IMG/VR virus record: IMGVR_UViG_3300037132_000276
Span: 28,606 to 92,605 of that record
Strand: one strand, 5' to 3'
DNA: 64,000 nucleotides
Source: a virus
Within the stretch, counting starts at the first letter, position 1; every line of letters starts with the position of its first letter. Both the position numbers and the translations under genes were made by a program. Shown here piece after piece: positions 1 to 8,248 of the stretch. The notes beneath the pieces are model-generated. The model was given only the letters and a program-made list of their open reading frames with translations, searched no databases and was not told where the DNA came from.

Positions 1-160
1 TATTATATTCTTATGCTGTTATAAAATTATTTTATGTTTTTAATTGCGATTGCTTTTGCTTGTATTGCTGGAATAAACTGTTTTCTAAGGAACCAGTAAA
101 CAAGTCTTTGATAAGTTTTCATTTTGTTATGTTCTCATGTTGTTGTAATAACCTAACACA

Positions 161-189
161 ATTATAGTAGAATTATGCTATTTTGTCAA
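161..189 (-). promoter_or_regulatory. Consensus sigma70 promoter, leftward and divergent from the repressor (probable early lytic promoter)
   Basis: Minus strand reads TTGACA(189-184)-17 nt-TATAAT(166-161), a perfect match with 17-nt spacing. Confidence 0.85.
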
Positions 190-214
190 GTAAAAAATAA
201 AATAATTATTCTAT

Positions 215-694
215 TTGAATAAAAAAGAAGAAATAGGGCACAAATTAAAGGAATTTGTAAAGAATAATTATCCTACTTTAAAAGATTTTGCCGAGAAAAT
301 GGGTAAAGGGAAAACTTTTTTTACGCGTTATTTCAATGGTACGAGTACTTTGGGAGGCGAACTTCTTTCAGAGCTTCGGGAAAAAAGTGATTATAAACTC
401 GATCTTAATTGGTTATTGACTGGCAAGGGGGAACCTTTTTTGAATACAGATATTGGGGTGAAAGAAAAAATAGAACGTCCATATGATGTGGACATAATCA
501 GTCTTAGAAATGAAATACGTGATTTGAAAGCAAGCATGTATGATCTACAGGAAGAAAATAAGGAAATGAAATTATTGCTCACTGCGTTATTGAAAGATAA
601 TATCACTCTCGAAAATAAAAACTTGATATTAAGTGTGTTGTATAATAAAATTGATGATAAAGATGAAAATGCTTCTCTAGAAATATCTCGTTAA
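215..694 (+). CDS. Phage repressor-like HTH protein with C-terminal coiled coil
   Basis: N-terminal XRE-type HTH ending in LNWLLTGKGEPF, typical of CI-like N-domains; no S24 peptidase domain; divergent from a strong promoter. Confidence 0.75.
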   Translation: MNKKEEIGHKLKEFVKNNYPTLKDFAEKMGKGKTFFTRYFNGTSTLGGELLSELREKSDYKLDLNWLLTGKGEPFLNTDIGVKEKIERPYDVDIISLRNEIRDLKASMYDLQEENKEMKLLLTALLKDNITLENKNLILSVLYNKIDDKDENASLEISR

Positions 695-799
695 TTTAAA
701 AGATATAGATTAGATTTATCTTATTATAATTTTAACGTTGGCATTTCATTTTATTATTTTTGTAATTTGATGTATTAATTATAATTCGATGGGGAAGAA

Positions 800-2182
800 A
801 TGAAAGCTAAAATATTCTTTTTCTTTTTATTCGTCTCATCTCTACTAATTGCGCAAGATATTGATTCTCTAGAGACGATACTATATAACTACAAAGACCT
901 AAGAGATGTCGCTACCGAAAAAGTGAATGAGATACAATCCAAACATCCTCTTTATAGGATATTTGGGGATATCAAAGGTATTTATTATGATGGAGCAGTT
1001 ATCCAGCTTATGGGCGTGGCTTTGCCGGTAGAAAATATTTTAGGTTCACCTGGCACAATGATTAATCGTGGAAATATTTTTATTACTTCTCCTAAAAAAG
1101 AGTATTATCTTCTTGCTGACGCTTATGAGGGGTACCATTATTATATTAGGACAGAAACGGCGGAAACGGTTCTCGGTGCGGCCACATTAGTAAAATATTA
1201 TGGGGACTTACCTAGAGAGGAAGGAGAAATATTAAAGGAAAAGCAAAACGAAATCAAGATATTAGATGAAAATATTAAAGTTATCGGAAAAGAGGTGGCA
1301 AAATTAAAAAGTGATATCTCTAAACTTAGGTCGAAACAACTTTACAAAGATGGCGAATATTATAAAAGTATTTCTGAACTCAATATAGTCATTAAATATT
1401 CTCCCAATGATGAAGATATTTACGATATCCTTTATGACGATTACTTGGCCATAATTTTTCAAAGTAACAATATTGATGATTGTAAAAATACTATTTCACT
1501 TTTAGAAACGACTCTGTTTATTCCAAAATACACCCTTGCGCAATGCGCTCGACTTAGGAATGAATACTCGAATTTATGTATTAAAGTTGCTAAAGATTAT
1601 AACGAAAACAAACTTTATAATAATGCAGTTATGTATTGTGAGTTGGCGCTTAAATATGGCAATTATCTAGATGAGAATGACAAAAAAATCTATTCTTCTA
1701 TCTATTACGATCAAGGGAACGACCAATTAAAACAAAATTTGATAGAGGATGCAAAAAAATCTTATAAGCAAGCGGTTCAGTTTGACATAACAGCATCCCC
1801 GATGGTCTTCAGCCAGCTAAATTCACAGATGAAATCTGTTTTCTTATATACTACACTATCCACCATTTTACCGGGGATGGGTTTAATAGCTCAAGGAGAA
1901 AGCAACGGCTGGATCTATTTTGGCATATGTGTTACATCTGCAATGGTTGCAGTTGTTTATAATAAGGAGACAATGAATAATCCAGGAATTACTGTTGCCC
2001 AAGCTGAAAATAAAAAATCATCTATGGGAATAGTTGGTCTTTCCATAGGTGTTGGTTTAATAACTTATATCGTGGGGATTGTTAAAACGATCTCTAAAGT
2101 TAAAGAATATAACCAAAAGTATGATATTGGGTTTAATATCGACACAAAAAATATTAGCCTAGCGATGAAAATCAATTTTTAG
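800..2182 (+). CDS. Secreted/membrane TPR-like protein (lysogenic-conversion cargo)
   Basis: Signal peptide MKAKIFFFFLFVSSLLIAQ, coiled coil, TPR-like helices (AKKSYKQAVQFD), C-terminal hydrophobic segments and terminal Phe. Confidence 0.6.
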   Translation: MKAKIFFFFLFVSSLLIAQDIDSLETILYNYKDLRDVATEKVNEIQSKHPLYRIFGDIKGIYYDGAVIQLMGVALPVENILGSPGTMINRGNIFITSPKKEYYLLADAYEGYHYYIRTETAETVLGAATLVKYYGDLPREEGEILKEKQNEIKILDENIKVIGKEVAKLKSDISKLRSKQLYKDGEYYKSISELNIVIKYSPNDEDIYDILYDDYLAIIFQSNNIDDCKNTISLLETTLFIPKYTLAQCARLRNEYSNLCIKVAKDYNENKLYNNAVMYCELALKYGNYLDENDKKIYSSIYYDQGNDQLKQNLIEDAKKSYKQAVQFDITASPMVFSQLNSQMKSVFLYTTLSTILPGMGLIAQGESNGWIYFGICVTSAMVAVVYNKETMNNPGITVAQAENKKSSMGIVGLSIGVGLITYIVGIVKTISKVKEYNQKYDIGFNIDTKNISLAMKINF

Positions 2183-2431
2183 TTCATAATTTAATTCTGC
2201 AGTGGATCTTTAAATAAGCATAAAAATAAGATTAGTGAAAGTTGCTGTGTTAAAAGATGTAGTTCTTTTTTCATCCCTTTGGACTATTGGACGCGGCAAT
2301 CTTTATACATATGTTGATTAAGAATTATTATTGAGGAACTTTAAATAAGCATTAAGGGTTATCCGTCTTGGCAGCATATCATATATAAGCATTAAGATAG
2401 CAATTAATTCTAACAAATAAATAGAGGTTAT

Positions 2432-3427
2432 ATGTGCCCGACAAATTATACCGGATGGCGTATGCCATACGGCTATACCGCAAAGGATAAAAAACCGTTT
2501 ATCAACCCCAAAGAAGCGAAAGTAGTAAAACATATTTACGAACTTGCTCTTTCCGGAAGAAGTAAGCGCGACATTCTCTATGAGCTGAACAATAAAAAAG
2601 TTTTATCCCAAACTGGTAAAGAATGGAGTTCCGGCACCCTCGTCTATATTTTCAAAGAAGAGAAAATCATGTTTTATGCCGGGTATATAAATGGCGAAAA
2701 AGATACTCATGAACCCATTATCGATCTTCCAACTGCAAAAAAACTTATTTCCCAGTTGATTGTTAAAACACTCCGTCCACATAATAAAGAATATCTCTTA
2801 AGTAATTTAAACATTCTCCACTGTGGTTATTGCAAAGGTAAAGCCAAAACAGTTAGCCTTCCTATCGGAGTTGATCAGATGCGGGATTATTATCTTTGTA
2901 CAACCAGGCAAATGTATGGCGCTCAGTCTGGAAAATGTAATGGCAGCAAAGTTGTCCCCCAAACAGAAGTGAATGAAACCGTATTAACAGATTTAACGGT
3001 TCATGCCGGGAATATCAATCTTGAAAAATTCCTTGAATCATATACCGGCAAAATAAAGAAAGAGGTTGATACCAAGATAAAATCCATTAAAAGCGAAATA
3101 GATATTTTGATGGAAAAACAATTTAGTGCAACTTCAAAAACAGAGATAGCGGAAATAACAGAACAAATCAACTCGTTCTTACAGTCTCGACAGAATATAT
3201 TAGCTCCCTTTACTATGGTTGCAAATGTTAAAGATATACGAACTGCGAAGAAAATTAAATTCCTCCCTCTTCCGGAACAAAAAATTCTTATAAAAAAATT
3301 AATTTATCGAATAGATTTGTTCTCCGACAAAGTAATAGTTCACTATAATTTTGGCATTTCAGCAAACGGCGATAACAAAAATGAGTTGAGGATTGTTCGT
3401 GGCAAGCTGGTACGAAAGAAAAAATAG
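2432..3427 (+). CDS. Large-serine-recombinase DNA-binding portion (recombinase domain + Zn ribbon + coiled coil) lacking the catalytic resolvase domain
   Basis: PYGY...INPKEAKVVKHIYELALSG...W; YLLSN...HCGYC...YYLC...C; ends LIYRIDL...IVHY; own RBS (GAGGT) before the ATG; no YxRxS catalytic N-domain. Confidence 0.75.
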   Translation: MCPTNYTGWRMPYGYTAKDKKPFINPKEAKVVKHIYELALSGRSKRDILYELNNKKVLSQTGKEWSSGTLVYIFKEEKIMFYAGYINGEKDTHEPIIDLPTAKKLISQLIVKTLRPHNKEYLLSNLNILHCGYCKGKAKTVSLPIGVDQMRDYYLCTTRQMYGAQSGKCNGSKVVPQTEVNETVLTDLTVHAGNINLEKFLESYTGKIKKEVDTKIKSIKSEIDILMEKQFSATSKTEIAEITEQINSFLQSRQNILAPFTMVANVKDIRTAKKIKFLPLPEQKILIKKLIYRIDLFSDKVIVHYNFGISANGDNKNELRIVRGKLVRKKK

Positions 3428-4517
3428 TCCTTTTATATGGTTGAAATGGTTTGACCCCCAACAAGGTGTTTATATCAGGGAATCAACAAATACATATTTC
3501 AGACCTTCAAAGATGGGATCGACTCCATGCTTGAAAGGGACAAAAGAAGGTATAAAAAAAGCAAATCAAATTTGTGAAGAAATTGAAAGTACTATAAAGT
3601 ATAATATTGCTGTATCACACTTTCCTGCTTTAAAAAGTAGTTTGTTGATTGGCGACGCTTTTATAATGTTCAAGAATATTAACCGGAATAAAAATAAAAG
3701 CACTATTAAGAATTATGAACTTTTCTTCGAAGTTTTCAAAAAAACTTTTAACGAGAAAGATCCGGTAAATTCCATAAATAAACAGTTGGCAGACCTTTGG
3801 CTATCTTCAGTCCGGAGTATGAAAACCCGGGACGGGAAGATTTTTAGTCAGAACTATGTTTATGGATTTCAGAAGAACTTAAAAAAGTTTCTGGGATTCC
3901 TGTTCGAAAACGAGTACCTAAAACCCTTCAAAATCAGTAAAGATGTTCAGGTAAATATTGAAGTTGGTAGAAAAATTATTTTCAGTGCGGGCCACATAAA
4001 CAGGATCTTTGACAATCTCGATAAGACCAACGGCAATCTTAAAACCTGCATATATCTTCTCGCTTATACCGGATTACGGCCAACTGACATTCTTTCCATA
4101 AACGCTGAAGATATTGACCTGAAAAATAAAGCATACCAATATTACTCTCCTAAGCTCAAAAAACATATTACCGTTCCCATCCATCCAAAACTACTACCAG
4201 CGCTTAAAGAACGTCTCTCAGCTATCGGAAAGGGTAGAATAATTGAATATAGCACGCATAATGCTTTAGCTCATGCTTTCAACAAATATCTACAGTTTTT
4301 GGAAATTGACGGTTTTGATTATACGCCCCGGACGTTCCGGAAATCGTTTGATACCTGGGCTTATGGGCTGGGGATGGATACAACAGCAAACAGTCGGTTG
4401 GTCGGCCATAGCATTACAACTGCAGAAAAACATTACCGGGAAGTGTATATGAACAGCCTTCGAAAGGAATTAAATAAGTTTGAACTACCCTCAAAAAAAC
4501 AGCAAAAAAAGAAGTGA
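3393..4517 (+). CDS. int: Tyrosine recombinase / phage integrase
   Basis: LAYTGLR (R-I), RTFRKSF (HxxR box with H replaced by R), LVGHS, terminal HY; adjacent to attP. Confidence 0.92.
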   Translation: MFVASWYERKNSPFIWLKWFDPQQGVYIRESTNTYFRPSKMGSTPCLKGTKEGIKKANQICEEIESTIKYNIAVSHFPALKSSLLIGDAFIMFKNINRNKNKSTIKNYELFFEVFKKTFNEKDPVNSINKQLADLWLSSVRSMKTRDGKIFSQNYVYGFQKNLKKFLGFLFENEYLKPFKISKDVQVNIEVGRKIIFSAGHINRIFDNLDKTNGNLKTCIYLLAYTGLRPTDILSINAEDIDLKNKAYQYYSPKLKKHITVPIHPKLLPALKERLSAIGKGRIIEYSTHNALAHAFNKYLQFLEIDGFDYTPRTFRKSFDTWAYGLGMDTTANSRLVGHSITTAEKHYREVYMNSLRKELNKFELPSKKQQKKK

Positions 4518-4521
4518 TTTT

Positions 4522-4774
4522 GGCACATTATGGGCACACTGGAAATTATCCCTTTTTCTCGTCTCCGTAAGTTGTTTATTTATAATGACTTAGTTGTGAC
4601 CCCAACGGGATTCGAACCCATATTCCCGCCGTGAAAGGGCGAAAAATGGCATCTATCATATATAAGTATTTAGATGATAATAAGTGTTTTCAGTCTGATA
4701 ATGCATTTTTTCACTCTTTAATATTAAAATAATTCGCATTTTCTAACTCTAATTTAGGCACATTTCGGGCACAC
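4522..4774. other. attP region with paired arm-type direct repeats
   Basis: GGCACATTATGGGCACAC (4522-4539) and GGCACATTTCGGGCACAC (4757-4774), 16/18 identical, flank the tRNA-derived core. Confidence 0.7.
4596..4641 (-). other. attP core: 3' half of tRNA-Glu(TTC), not a complete tRNA gene
   Basis: Minus strand CGCC-CTTTCAC-GGCG (anticodon TTC), T-arm ATGGG-TTCGAAT-CCCGT, 3' acceptor strand TGGGGTCAC; no D-arm or 5' acceptor strand. Confidence 0.85.
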
Positions 4775-4783
4775 AGATTTTTA

Positions 4784-5566
4784 TCATTTTATGACATCAA
4801 AAGCATAGCCATAATTAGCAAAAAACCATGAGTTTCCGATCCCGTGACCGAACTGCAAAAAATGTTTATTGTTAATCAACGCGCCTAAATTCCAACCGAT
4901 AAGATCGGTATTCGTCTGTAATAATCCAAGTCCCGGGATTAACTTTAACCGAAACTTAGTGATATCACTTTCAACTCTCACGAACTCATCCCTATCAACA
5001 AATACCTGCAGATCTGAAACTGTTAAATATTTATTGATAAAATCAGGCGTAAATTTTTCATAACCGCTCCATTGCCCATCTGCATTCCTTGTAAGATAGA
5101 TGCTTTGTCCAAAAGGCATAAAATAGGTATGTCTCTTCATAATCGGTTTTGGATTAATCTGTACAGTATCCTTATTCTTATAGAATTCAGTCGAATCCTT
5201 GAATTCTATTTTCGAACCATAAGGCAGGCATCCGGAGGAATCCTTTCCAACATTTATTATATGTCCTTGAGTTGATGAGATTATATCTTTTAAATGAATA
5301 TTGTCCTGGGTCAATGAAAGTATTTTCTCGTCTTTCTTTTTAAGAACTTTTTCGCTATCAATTAAATTGCTTTGGATGAAAGCATATTTTTGATATAGCG
5401 TTTCATCTCCATCCTGGATTATCTTCATTGCAGTATCGTGTGCTAATTGATTCTGTTTATAGATCGCCTCCAACATCTTGTTGTTTCTTATGGTTAGGTA
5501 CAGATAAACGCCTAAAGCAATAGCGATGCAGGAGATGACTACAATTATTTTGTATTCTTTACTCAT
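4784..5566 (-). CDS. Membrane-anchored coiled-coil protein, candidate spanin
   Basis: N-terminal TM helix, coiled coil, C-terminal amphipathic beta-strands ending YGYAFDVIK; last gene of the late operon. Confidence 0.45.
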   Translation of the reverse strand: MSKEYKIIVVISCIAIALGVYLYLTIRNNKMLEAIYKQNQLAHDTAMKIIQDGDETLYQKYAFIQSNLIDSEKVLKKKDEKILSLTQDNIHLKDIISSTQGHIINVGKDSSGCLPYGSKIEFKDSTEFYKNKDTVQINPKPIMKRHTYFMPFGQSIYLTRNADGQWSGYEKFTPDFINKYLTVSDLQVFVDRDEFVRVESDITKFRLKLIPGLGLLQTNTDLIGWNLGALINNKHFLQFGHGIGNSWFFANYGYAFDVIK

Positions 5567-5583
5567 AGTAACACCAATCCTAA

Positions 5584-6051
5584 TTATTTTTCATCCGCTT
5601 CCGGTTCTTTCTCAATCGGAAGATTATTATGCCCTATAAATGGGAGCTCTGTATAATTGCATACGCCCCATCCAAGCCATAACAGCCATCCTAAAAATTT
5701 ACCATATTTAGCCACATATCTATTGTATTGATCATTATGACCGCCCTCATGCTCGATTATGTCATTTGTTCCTCGGAATCCTTGAGCAAATTGAGCCGCT
5801 GTAACATCCCAACAAATTATATTTGTATTTTTACCATTATCTGTATAATATTCACGTTTGATAGCAGCACCTAATGGCCCCAAGAATTCCCCGGATCCTA
5901 TGATTGGATAATTGTCGCTAATATATACAGTCATTCCTTTATATGATTGTACCGTTACATTCTTCCCTGCTATATCTAATAATAGTTTAGATAGATAAGG
6001 ATAGAAGACGAGGATTAAGATTATTGCCAGTGCAATGATTGAATAGATCAT
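5584..6051 (-). CDS. Membrane-anchored HExxH zinc metallopeptidase-like protein
   Basis: N-terminal TM; IIEHEGGHNDQY followed by a hydrophobic stretch and NLPIEKE. Confidence 0.55.
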   Translation of the reverse strand: MIYSIIALAIILILVFYPYLSKLLLDIAGKNVTVQSYKGMTVYISDNYPIIGSGEFLGPLGAAIKREYYTDNGKNTNIICWDVTAAQFAQGFRGTNDIIEHEGGHNDQYNRYVAKYGKFLGWLLWLGWGVCNYTELPFIGHNNLPIEKEPEADEK

Positions 6052-6094
6052 ATCATTTTTCTCCGCTAATGTTAAATACCCCTCACTATTCTAT

Positions 6095-6526
6095 TTATGT
6101 CGCCTGCACTAATCCTGCATCCACTTTTAACTGTGTGCCATAAGCGCGACAATTTTCAACAAAAGTATTATAATCTATGAACGCTTGTGGGGTCTGGGTC
6201 TTCGCAACATTATTAGCTAAGCGATTTAGTTTCAGCTCATCATCTACGCTATATTGCGCCCTGATCTTTGCAGTCACTATTTGATTTATGCTCTCATAAA
6301 GCGGGCAAGTCAAGAGGATTGGTGAGATTGTTGCAAAATCAAGTTCTGCTACTTGACATTCGGAATGTTGGTTGGTGAGGAAGTTTGGATCCTGGGTGTC
6401 CACTCCCCAATATTGTAAACCATTTACTTCGGCATACATATATGAGATTTCGCCGCTTGTGACGATCCCGAGTGTGGTATCTTGCGGAGGCGCAAGAACT
6501 GTTTTTTTAACACTGAAATAACGCAT
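6095..6526 (-). CDS. Putative tail-fibre assembly/associated protein
   Basis: KIRAQYSVDDELKL...YNTFVENCRAYG resembles small proteins that follow phage fibre genes; position. Confidence 0.45.
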   Translation of the reverse strand: MRYFSVKKTVLAPPQDTTLGIVTSGEISYMYAEVNGLQYWGVDTQDPNFLTNQHSECQVAELDFATISPILLTCPLYESINQIVTAKIRAQYSVDDELKLNRLANNVAKTQTPQAFIDYNTFVENCRAYGTQLKVDAGLVQAT

Positions 6527-7541
6527 TGTATATATCTCCTTTTTTGTTGTTAATAATCCATGTTTTTACAAAATTAATTTGATCGGGTACAACTTCTAAG
6601 ATTTTATTTACTACATAGATCAATGAATTTGTCCGTTTAGAATGGCTTAAGAATGAGGCTATGCGCGAAATGTCCGGATCTTTTTTCAGTTTCCGCTTTA
6701 TTCTAAATAGAGAACTTTTCCTGATTATTCTGATGTTAAACCAGGTCTTAAAACCTACAAAATCAATCCCGCTTCTCAAACTTCCTATTTTACTTTTCCT
6801 GTTTAGCTTGAGTTCAAGCTTTTCGATTTCCCTTTTTATTCGATTCCAACAGAAAAAAAGTTTACTCCGGCATCCATCGAGCAGAACAAAATCATCCATA
6901 TACCGAAAATAATCTTTAATCTTCAGCACTCTTTTAATGAAATTATCTATTGGGTTAAGCATCAGATTTGCAAGTATCTGACTGGTTACATTCCCCAACG
7001 CCAAACCAACGCCATGTTCTTTATCAAAAAATTTTGAGAACAGGTTTAGGGTTGGTTTACATTTTATTATTCTTTTTAATAGTCTTAATACATGTTTATG
7101 ACTTATACTATAAAAATATTTCTTGATATCAAGTTTTAGATAATATCCCTGATTTTTATATTTAATCAGAGCACGTTTAAGGCCATCGCTGGCTTTGTGT
7201 GTGCCGTATCCTTCCCTGCATGCATAACTACACGAAAGGAATCGCTTCTCAATTATTTTTCTGGTTGCTATTAACAACGCATGCTGAACAATCCTATCCT
7301 CCAAATGTGGGGCTTGAATTACTCGTTCTTTCGGTTCATGGACGGTAAACTGATATGCTGGTTTGGGATTATAATCACCGTTATCGAGTCTTATAAGTAA
7401 ATCGCTTAAGTTAACTGCAAGATTATTCTCATATAGCAAGAAATTATCCTTATATGTTTTACGTTTTTTCACTTCATTAAACGCCTGGAGTAATGTTTCG
7501 TAATTACACCAAATCTTTTTCAAATTCCCATATCTTTTCAT
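6507..7541 (-). CDS. DGR reverse transcriptase
   Basis: EPKERVI, DRIVQHA, YACREGYGTH, LKLDIKKYFYSI, GLALGNVTSQILAN (DGR-type SQ), YFRYMDDF, GIDFVGF; 344 aa without a maturase/endonuclease domain; next to TR and avd. Confidence 0.96.
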   Translation of the reverse strand: MKRYGNLKKIWCNYETLLQAFNEVKKRKTYKDNFLLYENNLAVNLSDLLIRLDNGDYNPKPAYQFTVHEPKERVIQAPHLEDRIVQHALLIATRKIIEKRFLSCSYACREGYGTHKASDGLKRALIKYKNQGYYLKLDIKKYFYSISHKHVLRLLKRIIKCKPTLNLFSKFFDKEHGVGLALGNVTSQILANLMLNPIDNFIKRVLKIKDYFRYMDDFVLLDGCRSKLFFCWNRIKREIEKLELKLNRKSKIGSLRSGIDFVGFKTWFNIRIIRKSSLFRIKRKLKKDPDISRIASFLSHSKRTNSLIYVVNKILEVVPDQINFVKTWIINNKKGDIYNALFQC

Positions 7542-7552
7542 TTTTAATTCCC

Positions 7553-7679
7553 GGATGATTAGAATTTCTAAATGTTCAATACTTTAATAATCATCCCGTT
7601 ATATTTTCTCATATTTCTTTGAGAGGACAATGTTCCCTTTAACATTGTGAGTCAATCATTTTCCCCTTTGAGGAAAATG
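7553..7679 (-). ncRNA. DGR RNA 3' spacer with stem-loops
   Basis: Inverted repeats GGATGATTA/TAATCATCC (7553-7596), ACAATGTT/AACATTGT (7627-7648) and CATTTTCC/GGAAAATG (7657-7679) between TR and RT. Confidence 0.6.
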
Positions 7680-7703
7680 CTCTTAGACATAATTTGTTAG
7701 AGT

Positions 7704-7815
7704 CAGGAACGCGCCGAAATATTGTTGTTGCTGTTCGTCCGATTGTTGTTCAAATTGAGATACCAGACACCCGCATTCGTCGTGTTGTTCCAATTGCCGA
7801 AGCGTATCGGACACA
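7704..7815 (-). repeat. DGR template repeat (TR)
   Basis: 112-bp ungapped match to 8262-8373; rich in AAC/AAT codons; all 17 mismatches at TR adenines on the coding strand. Confidence 0.97.
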
Positions 7816-7850
7816 TAGTCAAACATTGCCCTTTTGCCGCTTTTCGTATC

Positions 7851-8189
7851 CTATTGTAGTTCATCTTTTATCCACGCACCAACAAGTTTGCCAACCTCAT
7901 CAATTTTCAGTTGTGAAACTCTATGCTTTTGAGAATCTATATATTTCAACTCAAACGCAAGGTTCACAAACTGTCTTAAAACTTCATGTTTCACATTAAG
8001 CTCGCTGATCGTTGTCTTTTTGTGAAACCGCTTATTAACCGTTATGGCGGATTCAAATATTTCATATCCAAGCTCCCTTATTTTATTTGCCATCAAATAT
8101 TTTTCACTTTTCGGAAATTGCATAACCATAATGTGGTTATACAAAATCATATCCCGAATTTTCTTTACTATTAATAAATGTTCAGCCAT
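7851..8189 (-). CDS. avd: DGR accessory variability determinant (four-helix bundle)
   Basis: QFPKSEKYLMANKIR...LAFELKYI...IDEVGKLVGAWIK; lies between target and TR. Confidence 0.92.
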   Translation of the reverse strand: MAEHLLIVKKIRDMILYNHIMVMQFPKSEKYLMANKIRELGYEIFESAITVNKRFHKKTTISELNVKHEVLRQFVNLAFELKYIDSQKHRVSQLKIDEVGKLVGAWIKDELQ

Positions 8190-8219
8190 TTCTATCCTAT
8201 CACCATAAAAAAAATATAA

Positions 8220-8243
8220 GGGGATTCGCTACCGCTCATCCCC
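8220..8243 (-). promoter_or_regulatory. DGR target-recognition hairpin downstream of VR
   Basis: GGGGATGAGC-GGTA-GCGAATCCCC just after the target stop; GGTA fits the GRNA loop known from phage DGR hairpins; followed by a T-run. Confidence 0.75.
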
Positions 8244-8248
8244 ACATC

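Noticed and set aside
27-122. 31-aa - strand ORF (MKTYQRLVYW...) as Cro
   Set aside because: Too short and no HTH; may be a real first early gene but unsupported
4596-4641. Functional tRNA-Glu gene
   Set aside because: Only the anticodon arm, T-arm and 3' acceptor strand are present; best explained as the attP core
6507-7541. Group II intron, retron or Abi reverse transcriptase
   Set aside because: Short RT with SQ motif, adjacent avd and an adenine-specific TR/VR pair identify a DGR
7694-7999. 101-aa + strand ORF
   Set aside because: Antisense shadow of TR and avd
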